A DNA stretch of 31,269 bases, taken from Candidatus Omnitrophota bacterium. GTDB taxonomy: Bacteria; Omnitrophota; Omnitrophia; Omnitrophales; Aquincolibacteriaceae. Both the position numbers and the translations under genes were made by a program. This document shows, piece after piece, positions 24,112-31,269 of this stretch; position 1 is the first letter of the stretch; each line of letters opens with the position of its first letter. The notes under the pieces were generated by a model. That model was not told the DNA's origin. It made no database searches and saw only the letters and a list, made by a program, of their open reading frames with translations. The DNA lies in contig JAZDJU010000042.1 in the NCBI GenBank assembly GCA_043803685.1, forward strand, positions 1-31,269, in the 5' to 3' direction.

Positions 24112-24903
24112 CTAAAGAAATCCTTGAGATTTAAAAATGTTCTCCACGATGGCCCGGGCCTTCTTTCCAGAAGGATCCTCGCCGCCGGTAATATTACAGG
24201 CAAACACATACGTCGTCCCTCTATGTTCCAAAAAACCGACAAACCATCCCAAAGCCCATTGGCCATCGGCGTTCATCCCGGACCCTGTCTTGCCATAAAG
24301 CGTTCCCTTTTCAGTCTCCACCGCGTTCATCACATCTTTCAATATCGCGATGTTCTTATCAGAGAACGGCAGCTTTCCATCCAGGAGTTTATTCAAAATA
24401 GCCACTTGCTCATCGGCGCTGATCGTCAGAGACGCATGCCCTTGGCGATCAAGCCAAAAAGAATCGATCCCGGCCGAGATATCCCGAGTGCCATAGTTCA
24501 GCTGTTCGAGATACTTTCTCATCCGCTCCGTCCCTACCTGGCGTGCCAGGATCTGATACGCAGGTACCGCGGATACCTGAAAAGCCTCACGCAACGTCAG
24601 ATCCTGGTTCCACCCTCCAATGGAACGACGGATACCATCCCATTTGTACCACGGAGCATCCGGCCCCGGGATCAACCCCAGCTCTAATCCGATCAGGGTG
24701 TTGTAGATCTTGAAAGTGGAGCACGGAGATAACCGACGGGCGCTCAATTCGGGGTCCAGGTTGATCAGTTCCCCCGAAGACCGGTCGTAGAGGACAAACG
24801 CGGCCTGATACTCCTTGAAGAGAGCTTTGTCGAGATCGACCGTCTGGGCATTTGAAAAAGAAGCGGTAAGAAAAAACAAAAAAAAGAATAGGGCTTGTCT
24901 CAT
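24112..24903 (-). CDS. Class D beta-lactamase (OXA)-like / penicillin-binding serine hydrolase
   Basis: Signal peptide; STFK, SAV, YGT (YGN variant), FWL, KTG and GWFVG motifs in class D order. Confidence 0.85.
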   Translation of the reverse strand: MRQALFFFLFFLTASFSNAQTVDLDKALFKEYQAAFVLYDRSSGELINLDPELSARRLSPCSTFKIYNTLIGLELGLIPGPDAPWYKWDGIRRSIGGWNQDLTLREAFQVSAVPAYQILARQVGTERMRKYLEQLNYGTRDISAGIDSFWLDRQGHASLTISADEQVAILNKLLDGKLPFSDKNIAILKDVMNAVETEKGTLYGKTGSGMNADGQWALGWFVGFLEHRGTTYVFACNITGGEDPSGKKARAIVENIFKSQGFL

Positions 24904-24955
24904 TCACTTCCCCGATCAGTTCAACCGATGTGTAAAAAGGGCTTGCCTGTTTTTT

Positions 24956-26062
24956 CTATTTCCGGGGCAGGGTGAAGATAAATTGGCTGCCTTTGCCGAG
25001 TTCGCTTTCGACCCAGATCCTGCCCTTGTGAAGTTCAATGATGTCCTTGGTGATAGCCAGGCCCAAACCGGTGCCTTCCTGTCTTTCGGCGGTGAGGCGC
25101 TCGAATTTATCGAACAGCTTGCAGAAATCCTCTTTGGCGATACCTGGCCCCGAGTCGGAGATCTCAAAACGAACCTCTTTCTTTGTCCCGGAAAGACGGA
25201 GAGTGATCTTTCCCCCGGAAGGAGTGTATTTGACGGCGTTGCTTAGCAAGTTGATGAGAACCTCGGTCAATTTGTCACGGTCTGCCCGGACCTCTCCCGC
25301 GCTTTCTGAAAAATCTTTTTCGAGAGCAAGATTCTTCTTCGCGATCATACCCGCGTTACTCGCAAGAACTTCCTCGGCCAGATTGACGACCCCGATTTTT
25401 TCCTTTTTCAATTTCATTTTCCCCGCTTCGATCTTGGAGACATCCAGGAGGTCTGTGACAAGCCGGATCAGTCTTCCCGTACTGCTCTGCGCGATCGCAA
25501 GCACTTCCTTCTGTTTCTCGTTCACGGGGCCAGCCGAACCGTCATAGAGAAAAGCCATCGCAAGGCTCATGGCGCTCAAGGGGTTCTTGAATTCATGAGA
25601 AACATTGGCCACAAATGCAGACTTCCGCTTGTCCATCTGCTCCAAAAGTTCCTCGGCCTTTTTGATCTTGCTGATGTCATTCCCGACGCAGAGGATCTCG
25701 TGGGTTTGAGCCTTCTTGTCGGACAAAGCCTTATTGGTCCATGAGATCCACACGCGCTCTCCGCTGCGAAGCGTGTTCTCATTCTCGTTATTCACATATT
25801 TCCCGGGATGGCGCACGAGATCCTTGATCATGGCCTTCAGGTCTTTGCCCGCGCTGTCCGTCACTGAAACGATCGTCCCGAGAACGCTTTGGCCCAAGAT
25901 CTCCTTCTCTTTGAACCCGAAGAACTTCTGCGCGAACTTGTTGACAAAGGTGACCCTGCCCCGGATATCCATGCGCAGAATAATGCTATTGGCGTCCTGG
26001 ACCAGCCTGCGAAAATAGTCCTCGTGTTGCTTGAGTGTCTTCTCAGCTTTCTTTTTTTTCAT
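24956..26062 (-). CDS. Cytoplasmic PAS-domain sensor histidine kinase
   Basis: PAS/PAC, SHEFKNPL H-box, NLLSNAVKY, DSGPGI and GTGLGL; GGAGG RBS; no TM helix. Confidence 0.92.
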   Translation of the reverse strand: MKKKKAEKTLKQHEDYFRRLVQDANSIILRMDIRGRVTFVNKFAQKFFGFKEKEILGQSVLGTIVSVTDSAGKDLKAMIKDLVRHPGKYVNNENENTLRSGERVWISWTNKALSDKKAQTHEILCVGNDISKIKKAEELLEQMDKRKSAFVANVSHEFKNPLSAMSLAMAFLYDGSAGPVNEKQKEVLAIAQSSTGRLIRLVTDLLDVSKIEAGKMKLKKEKIGVVNLAEEVLASNAGMIAKKNLALEKDFSESAGEVRADRDKLTEVLINLLSNAVKYTPSGGKITLRLSGTKKEVRFEISDSGPGIAKEDFCKLFDKFERLTAERQEGTGLGLAITKDIIELHKGRIWVESELGKGSQFIFTLPRK

Positions 26063-26217
26063 GTCCTGTCCTCCGGATGGCGTAAATTTTCTACCCCTTC
26101 GTGGCGAGTTTCAAGATAAAAATGCGAAACCAGGTGTCACGATCAATGCCCTCGTTCTTTTCTGCCCCTTGACCCGTAGGACGTGTCCCGAAGCCACTTG
26201 GCTTGAAGCTTTGGCCC

Positions 26218-26247
26218 TTGGACGGCGAGAGGTTTATCGTATAGAAT
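26218..26247 (+). promoter_or_regulatory. Putative sigma70 promoter for the EF-P-like gene
   Basis: TTGGAC-N18-TAGAAT about 50 nt upstream of ATG 26296. Confidence 0.45.
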
Positions 26248-26295
26248 GCCGACTCATTCACAACAAACGTTCTCATTCCAAGGAAAGGATCCACC

Positions 26296-26868
26296 ATGTC
26301 CGAGATCTCGGCCAATGAACTGGAAAAGAAGCTTTATATTGAAGTGGACGGTCAGCCGTATTTTGTGCTCGACGTCAAATTCGCGGCTCCTACCGCCCGC
26401 GGAGCCTCGACCATGGTCAAGGCCCGGGTCCGCAATCTCCTGAACGGCGCAGTCCAGGACAAGACATTCAAGACAAGCGAGAAATTCGAAGTTCCCGACG
26501 TGGAAAAAGTCCCGGCCGTCTTCCAATACATCACAGGCTCCGAATATCACTTTATGGATAACGTGGCTTACGAGGAATTCATGCTCACAGCGGAAAAACT
26601 TGGCGAGCAGAAGCTTTATCTGAAGGAGAACCAGGAAGTACTGGCGCTCAAGTTAAGGGGCACCGTGGTCTCTCTGGAGCTTCCGGTGTATGTCGAGCTG
26701 GCCATCACGGAAACCGATCCCGTGGTGAAAGGGATCTCCGCCTCCGGCCGCTCCCTCAAAAAGGCCAAACTTGAAACAGGACTTGAAGTCCTGGCGCCGC
26801 TCTACGCGGAGGCGGGAACCGTCCTACGCGTGAATACTGAGACCGGCGAAGTGTCCGGCCGAGCCTAG
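26296..26868 (+). CDS. efpL: Elongation factor P paralog of EfpL/YeiP type
   Basis: EF-P three-domain pattern (FMD...YE, 'KKAKLETG', 'VNTETGE'); tip loop PTARG matches the YeiP/EfpL signature rather than KPGKG. Confidence 0.8.
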   Translation: MSEISANELEKKLYIEVDGQPYFVLDVKFAAPTARGASTMVKARVRNLLNGAVQDKTFKTSEKFEVPDVEKVPAVFQYITGSEYHFMDNVAYEEFMLTAEKLGEQKLYLKENQEVLALKLRGTVVSLELPVYVELAITETDPVVKGISASGRSLKKAKLETGLEVLAPLYAEAGTVLRVNTETGEVSGRA

Positions 26869-26919
26869 CCTTCATCGATCGAGTACAAAGACCGGGTCTT
26901 TGCGGATCACCTCATGTAG

Positions 26920-27150
26920 CTACATCGCGACACCCATTCCGGCATCGACGGGTGCGTCATCCATCGGCAGATTTTCCGGAGACCTCTCCCCTGGCATAGA
27001 ATCCGAATCCCCCTCGAAAGCTGAAGGATCTGAGCCTCCCGTATCGTCCTGAGTCATAACCTCAAACACTTCCGGCTCCGCGCAGAAGGCCGGCGTTCCC
27101 ATCCATGCGATCAAACAAAGAACCAGAAACGTATAAGCTATTTTCTTCAT
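26920..27150 (-). CDS. Small secreted acidic, probably disordered protein
   Basis: AAGGAG RBS before ATG 27150; signal peptide MKKIAYTFLVLCLIAWMGTPAFC; Asp/Glu-rich mature part. Confidence 0.6.
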   Translation of the reverse strand: MKKIAYTFLVLCLIAWMGTPAFCAEPEVFEVMTQDDTGGSDPSAFEGDSDSMPGERSPENLPMDDAPVDAGMGVAM

Positions 27151-27176
27151 GGCATTCTCCTTTTTTAAAAACAACA

Positions 27177-27722
27177 CTAACAGTATTGATTGAACGAACT
27201 GATCTCCGTCAAAGCCTTCCGCGTTTTGGGGACGAGTTTGTCCTCAGCGGCGTAGCCGAGAGCGATCACGATATCGATCTTTTTCCCCTTGGAAACTTTC
27301 AGCTCCTCTTTCAAGGCCTTTTCGTCGAACCACCCGATCCAGCAACTCCCGATCCCGAGCTCCTGGGCCTGAAGGACCAGATGCTCGCAGGCGATCCCAA
27401 TATCCACGAGGCAATAACTCGTATTCCGGACCTGCCCTCCGAATGACGCAAGGAATTTCTCCTTTTCCGAGACCACGACCACGAGCACCGGCGCTTCCTG
27501 GGCGAATTTGTTCATATTATAGATCCCGGAAAAGATCCGCTCCGCCACACGCTTCCGGAGTCCCGGCTCGTCGATCACGATGAAATGCCACGGCTGGGAG
27601 TTGCACCCAGAGGGCGCGAGCCGCGCGGCTTCAAGGCATTTGAGGACATCTTCTTTCGCGACCGGCCGGTCGACGAACTTCCGGACGCTTCTCCGTTTGT
27701 GGACGAGTTCTTCGAAGGTCAT
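27177..27722 (-). CDS. Nitroreductase family flavoprotein
   Basis: RRSVRKF, APSGCNSQPW, GIGSCWIG and IALGY motifs; ATGA overlap with ispH. Confidence 0.92.
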   Translation of the reverse strand: MTFEELVHKRRSVRKFVDRPVAKEDVLKCLEAARLAPSGCNSQPWHFIVIDEPGLRKRVAERIFSGIYNMNKFAQEAPVLVVVVSEKEKFLASFGGQVRNTSYCLVDIGIACEHLVLQAQELGIGSCWIGWFDEKALKEELKVSKGKKIDIVIALGYAAEDKLVPKTRKALTEISSFNQYC

Positions 27723-28888
27723 AGTTTCATATCTCCTGAAATGTTGATAAGCCGCTGGATCACTTCTTCGACCACACGGTTCGGCGTGGACGCCCCGGCG
27801 GTAATACCCACCTTGATCTTGCCCGTGGGCAGCCAGTTCAATGTCTCAAGCGTCTCCTGGGCTCCGGCTTTTTTGTGGCGGATCTTCTCCCTCGAGATCA
27901 GTGAGGTCGCATCCTCCACGTGGAACGCGGGACAAAAGGCGGAGGCGATCTCCACCAGGTGGCCTGTGTTGCTGGACCGGTAGCCGCCGATCACGAGGAT
28001 AATGTCCACTTTTTCTTCGCCGAGCTTGCGGATCGCGTCCTGCCGGTCCTGGGTCGCGGAGCAGATCGTATCAAAATGATGAAAACGATCCGGAAGTTCG
28101 CCGGCGCCGTAACGGACCCGAAGAGCCTCGCGAAGCATCTCCGAGATCTCGATCGATTCGCGCGAGAGCATGGTCGTCTGGTTCGCGAACCCGATCTTGC
28201 CCAAGTCCTTATCCGGATCAAAACCCTTCGAACACGCGTCCTTGAATTTTTCGAGAAACGTTTCCGGCTTCCCGTTCCCCGCGATATAGAAACAAACCTG
28301 CTCCGCCTGCGTTTTGTCCTTCACCACCAGATATTTTGAAGCCCGGGAACAGGTCGCGCGCGTTTCCTCGTGGTCGTATTTGCCGTGGATCACGGAGGTG
28401 AACCCGTCCCGGCTATAGGATTCCACCCGGCGCCACACGCTCATCACCGACCCGCAGGTCGTATCCACGATCACACAGCCCTTCTTCTGGAATTCCCGCA
28501 GCGCTTCCACCGGCACCCCGAACGCGGGCATGATCACGACATCTTTTTCCGTGATCTCGGAACGCGAGGTATCGCCGGTGAGGATCTTCACACCCATCCC
28601 CTGAAGCTCCGCGTTCACGCGCGGGTTGTGGATGATCTCATTGGTCAGAAAAATGCGCCGGTCCGGAAATTTCGCGCAAGTCTCGTAGGCATATTCGACG
28701 GCGCGTTCGACCCCGTAACAAAAACCGAATTCTTTCGCGAGATGGATCTCAAGGCGTCCCGACTTCAGTGAAAATCCGGAATGACGGATCTGATCGATAA
28801 GAGGACTATGGTAACTTTGATCGAGCTGGCGCTGGACGGCCCCTTTGAGCCCGGAATTTTTAAGGAAGGTCTTGCCTTCTTCGGTCAT
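27719..28888 (-). CDS. ispH: 4-hydroxy-3-methylbut-2-enyl diphosphate reductase (long, N-terminally extended type)
   Basis: FGFCYGVERA, IIHN, DTTC, HEE, NQTT, TICSATQDRQ, SSNT and GASTP; real start ATG 28888 (the longer ORF overlaps the upstream gene). Confidence 0.93.
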   Translation of the reverse strand: MTEEGKTFLKNSGLKGAVQRQLDQSYHSPLIDQIRHSGFSLKSGRLEIHLAKEFGFCYGVERAVEYAYETCAKFPDRRIFLTNEIIHNPRVNAELQGMGVKILTGDTSRSEITEKDVVIMPAFGVPVEALREFQKKGCVIVDTTCGSVMSVWRRVESYSRDGFTSVIHGKYDHEETRATCSRASKYLVVKDKTQAEQVCFYIAGNGKPETFLEKFKDACSKGFDPDKDLGKIGFANQTTMLSRESIEISEMLREALRVRYGAGELPDRFHHFDTICSATQDRQDAIRKLGEEKVDIILVIGGYRSSNTGHLVEIASAFCPAFHVEDATSLISREKIRHKKAGAQETLETLNWLPTGKIKVGITAGASTPNRVVEEVIQRLINISGDMKL

Positions 28889-28899
28889 GAAGAGCTCTG

Positions 28900-29901
28900 T
28901 CAGGGAATGGTGATCTTGCGAACCATGACGCCGGCCTGCCCGAGCAGTTTGAGGGAGATCTCCAGAAACGGATAATTCCCCTGATAGACGACTTCGGCGA
29001 TCCCGGAGTTGATGATCATCTTCGTGCACATCAGGCAGGGGGAAAAAGTCGTATAAAGCGTGGCGCCTTTGAGGCTCACGCCGTGATAGGCCGCCTGCAC
29101 GATCGCGTTCTCTTCGCCGTGGGAGCAAAGACATTCCCCGAGATCTTTACCGGAGGCATCGATCGCGTTGCAGCGGGGACAGCCGCCGTCGCTGCAGTTT
29201 GTGATCCCGCGGGGCGTTCCGTTATAGCCGGTCGAGATGATACGTTTGTCCTTCACGATCACGGCGGCGATCTTCCGTTTCATGCAGTTGGCGCGCAGGG
29301 CCACGACCTTGGCGATGTTCATGAAATATTCGTCCCAACCCGGTCTCGGAGCTTTTTTCGCGAGATCGAGAAAGATCACCTTCACCTTTTCATGCATTTC
29401 CTTAAGCGGCCCGTTGTTGTCCACCTGGAGGTCCGCCGAAGCGATCGCCTGATCCAGTTGCTGGTCGGTCTTGCTGGTGCTTTTCGCTTCCTTGGCCTCA
29501 AGCGCCTGGAAATCCTCCCATACCCGGGGATCGTTCTCCCGGCCGCGCTGTTTCAGTCGTTCAAAGCGAAGCCTTTCCGGAGCGTGAACGCGGATCAAAG
29601 TGAAATCGTTACGACGGCGGAAGACCTGAACTTCGGAAGGATGGCGGATCGAGTCGATCACATAATTTTTTTCAGGGTCCAGTTTCGCGAAGATCCTCTC
29701 GGCGAGACAGCCCGGGCCTTCTTTTTCGCGAAGTTCATTGCCGAGCACGACCAGCACGTCACGCGTGACTTGCAGACCGCGTTTTCCGGCTTCTTCCCGG
29801 AGCGCGTCGGAAAGGGAGTAGTAATGGAAGCCGCGGTCCTTGAGAAAATTCGCCGCTTCCCCTTTTCCCGATCCGTTCTTGCCCGTCAGTCCGATGATCA
29901 T
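28900..29901 (-). CDS. P-loop (NMP / dephospho-CoA kinase-like) domain fused to dCMP deaminase
   Basis: Start ATG 29901 (AAGGAG RBS) MIIGLTGKNGSGK; DSIRH; then RPGWDEYFM, TGYNG, CPRC, HGEENA and PCLMC. Confidence 0.88.
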   Translation of the reverse strand: MIIGLTGKNGSGKGEAANFLKDRGFHYYSLSDALREEAGKRGLQVTRDVLVVLGNELREKEGPGCLAERIFAKLDPEKNYVIDSIRHPSEVQVFRRRNDFTLIRVHAPERLRFERLKQRGRENDPRVWEDFQALEAKEAKSTSKTDQQLDQAIASADLQVDNNGPLKEMHEKVKVIFLDLAKKAPRPGWDEYFMNIAKVVALRANCMKRKIAAVIVKDKRIISTGYNGTPRGITNCSDGGCPRCNAIDASGKDLGECLCSHGEENAIVQAAYHGVSLKGATLYTTFSPCLMCTKMIINSGIAEVVYQGNYPFLEISLKLLGQAGVMVRKITIP

Positions 29902-29912
29902 AAGATCTCTCC

Positions 29913-30500
29913 TTAAGAATGGATCCAAAAATCCGGCGAATAAAATCGCGCGTCGCCGGCATGTCGCTCCACCAGGATCAGATGATGCGCGTTCCTTCCG
30001 TCTTTCACTCCGGGCAGCGCGGCGATCTCGCGCAGGGTGTCGCCGTGTTTCCCGGCGACGGGTCGCAGGAAACCCACGCACTGTTTCTCCAAATGGAAGG
30101 CGGCCTCTTCGACGTCTTCCACGCGGATCGCCATCGCATAAGGCTTTTTGTCCCCGAAATGCGCGATCCAGTCCAGTCCAGACTTCTCATGAGGATGTTC
30201 CACAAGGATCGCCGGTGCGCAGCCTTTCCGGAAAACTTCCACGCTGTGCCCCTTGTGCTCGAGGATCTTGGCGGTGAGATCCCGCTCATACCCCATCTCG
30301 AGGAATTCCTGCGTGCGATCCTTCAGATGGATCGTGCGGAAAATGAAATGGTCCAGGAGGGGACGAATGCCAACCCCCACGAGCGACAAGCCGCGCGCAA
30401 CGACCCGTGCCGTGCTGTTTTCCTGGGTAAGATCGGAGACATATTGTTTCAAGGCCTGTTCCAGAAAGGCGGGATCTTTGCAATCGGAAGCAGAGGGCAT
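29913..30500 (-). CDS. VOC/glyoxalase-like hypothetical protein
   Basis: 'LDHFIFRT' and 'MAIRVEDVEEAAFHLEKQCVGF' resemble VOC-fold motifs; sits in operon. Confidence 0.6.
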   Translation of the reverse strand: MPSASDCKDPAFLEQALKQYVSDLTQENSTARVVARGLSLVGVGIRPLLDHFIFRTIHLKDRTQEFLEMGYERDLTAKILEHKGHSVEVFRKGCAPAILVEHPHEKSGLDWIAHFGDKKPYAMAIRVEDVEEAAFHLEKQCVGFLRPVAGKHGDTLREIAALPGVKDGRNAHHLILVERHAGDARFYSPDFWIHS

Positions 30501-30539
30501 CTTGGTTCCCTTAGTGGGTGTATCGCCTACAAGAACAAA

Positions 30540-30587
30540 GTTCGCCCCCGAAGCTTCACTTTGCGGAACGAAGCGACGGGGGCAAAC
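30540..30587. repeat. Intergenic hairpin downstream of ferredoxin
   Basis: GTTCGCCCCC..GCTTC / GAAGC..GGGGGCAAAC. Confidence 0.5.
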
Positions 30588-30609
30588 CCTAGAAAATCCA
30601 AACGATCGT

Positions 30610-30921
30610 TTACTTCAGCGCATTCCCCGGCTTTTTCGGAGCTTCATCCTTCGAACGGGGTGTGGCCTTGGCGTTCGACTTGAACTGGGCCGAGAGGTCG
30701 GCGTTGATCTTGGCATAGGTCGCGTCCATGTCCTCGGATTCGACGATCGAACCGACCGGGCATTCCGCCGCACAAGCGCCGCAGGAGATACAAACCGCCG
30801 GATCGATCACCATGAAATCCTTACCCTGGTAAGTTCCGGGATAGATCGCTTCCACGGGGCAAACCCCAGCGCAAAGGCCATAGCGTTCGCCGTGACATTT
30901 CTCAGTAATAACATAAGCCAT
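30610..30921 (-). CDS. 7Fe-type ([3Fe-4S]+[4Fe-4S]) ferredoxin
   Basis: C-x7-C-x3-CP plus CxxCxxCxxxCP; AAGGAG RBS. Confidence 0.88.
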   Translation of the reverse strand: MAYVITEKCHGERYGLCAGVCPVEAIYPGTYQGKDFMVIDPAVCISCGACAAECPVGSIVESEDMDATYAKINADLSAQFKSNAKATPRSKDEAPKKPGNALK

Positions 30922-30965
30922 TGAATGATTCTCCTTAATGGATGTTGGTTTTGAAAGAGGGGCGT

Positions 30966-30994
30966 ATTTTAACCGCTGCTCCCCCCATCGTCAA
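30966..30994 (-). promoter_or_regulatory. Sigma70 promoter of the ferredoxin-ispH operon
   Basis: Minus strand TTGACG-N17-TAAAAT, 45 nt upstream of the ferredoxin start. Confidence 0.7.
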
Positions 30995-31040
30995 TGCTTT
31001 CGAGTCTGAGGGCATCCCACTCCATACGGTCAAGTGCTTA

Positions 31041-31137
31041 CCCCCTCTTTGTCCGCCAGAGGACGGATCCGTCCAGCGCCTTGTGGCGGAGAAAAGAGGG
31101 GCAAGGGGAGATTTTAAAATCCCCCTCATTCCCCCTC
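31041..31137. repeat. CCCCTCTTT/AAAGAGGGG REP-like element with nested 39-bp element (31052-31090)
   Basis: Inner unit is 36/39 identical to the reverse complement of 5710-5748; followed by the palindrome GGGGAGATTTTAAAATCCCC. Confidence 0.8.
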
Positions 31138-31269
31138 ATATGGATGACCGCCAGTCAAGCTTGGCAGTTGGCCTTGGATTCGAAGCAACCCGGCATGAGC
31201 CATCGAGTGCCATCAACCTCATATTCGCGTGCTGGTTAACGCATTAAGTTGAGTCCGAATGGTATAGGA

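Noticed and set aside
19798..26062. Histidine kinase and receiver as a cognate pair
   Set aside because: They are separated by three unrelated genes, and nothing in the sequence supports pairing
26125..26220. Partial resemblance to a c-di-GMP-I riboswitch upstream of the histidine kinase (GGGACAC..CTACGGGTC..GTGACA)
   Set aside because: Lacks the GNRA loop, the GCAAA junction and a convincing P1; would need an Infernal hit
28889..30081. N-terminal extensions of ispH (to 29134) and the kinase-deaminase (to 30081) in the ORF track
   Set aside because: They overlap the upstream genes; homology and gene spacing support starts at 28888 and 29901 (the latter with an AAGGAG RBS)
30935..31269. Short ORFs and a possible 6S-like RNA at the window end
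   Set aside because: The ORFs run through the promoter and repeats; the sequence is truncated and I could not find a diagnostic 6S structure

Overview
Chromosomal, mostly moderately GC-rich bacterial window. The gene style (large PilX-like pilins, a 'TTYYPSPYG' secreted protein, heptamer and palindromic repeats) suggests a PVC-group organism such as Ca. Omnitrophota; this is inference only. From left to right: two tandem PilV/PilW/PilX-like minor-pilin cassettes, a lipoprotein and trpB2, a ~480-nt highly structured non-coding region, and a CHASE2 adenylate cyclase. The cyclase converges on a minus-strand cluster made of a TPR + beta-barrel (Slam/DUF560-like) outer-membrane gene, four FecR-domain paralogs of decreasing length and a Gly-rich fibre-like secreted protein. 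Then come a Ski2/HelY-like helicase, a receiver protein, AddB, QueD, a class D beta-lactamase-like protein, a PAS histidine kinase, an EfpL-type EF-P, and a ferredoxin / VOC / kinase-dCMP deaminase / ispH / nitroreductase operon. The best candidate for a new system is the barrel + four-FecR array + CHASE2 cyclase module. A second theme is a set of small palindromic elements that nest inside one another and insert in-frame into genes. No rRNA, tRNA, CRISPR array or transposase was seen.
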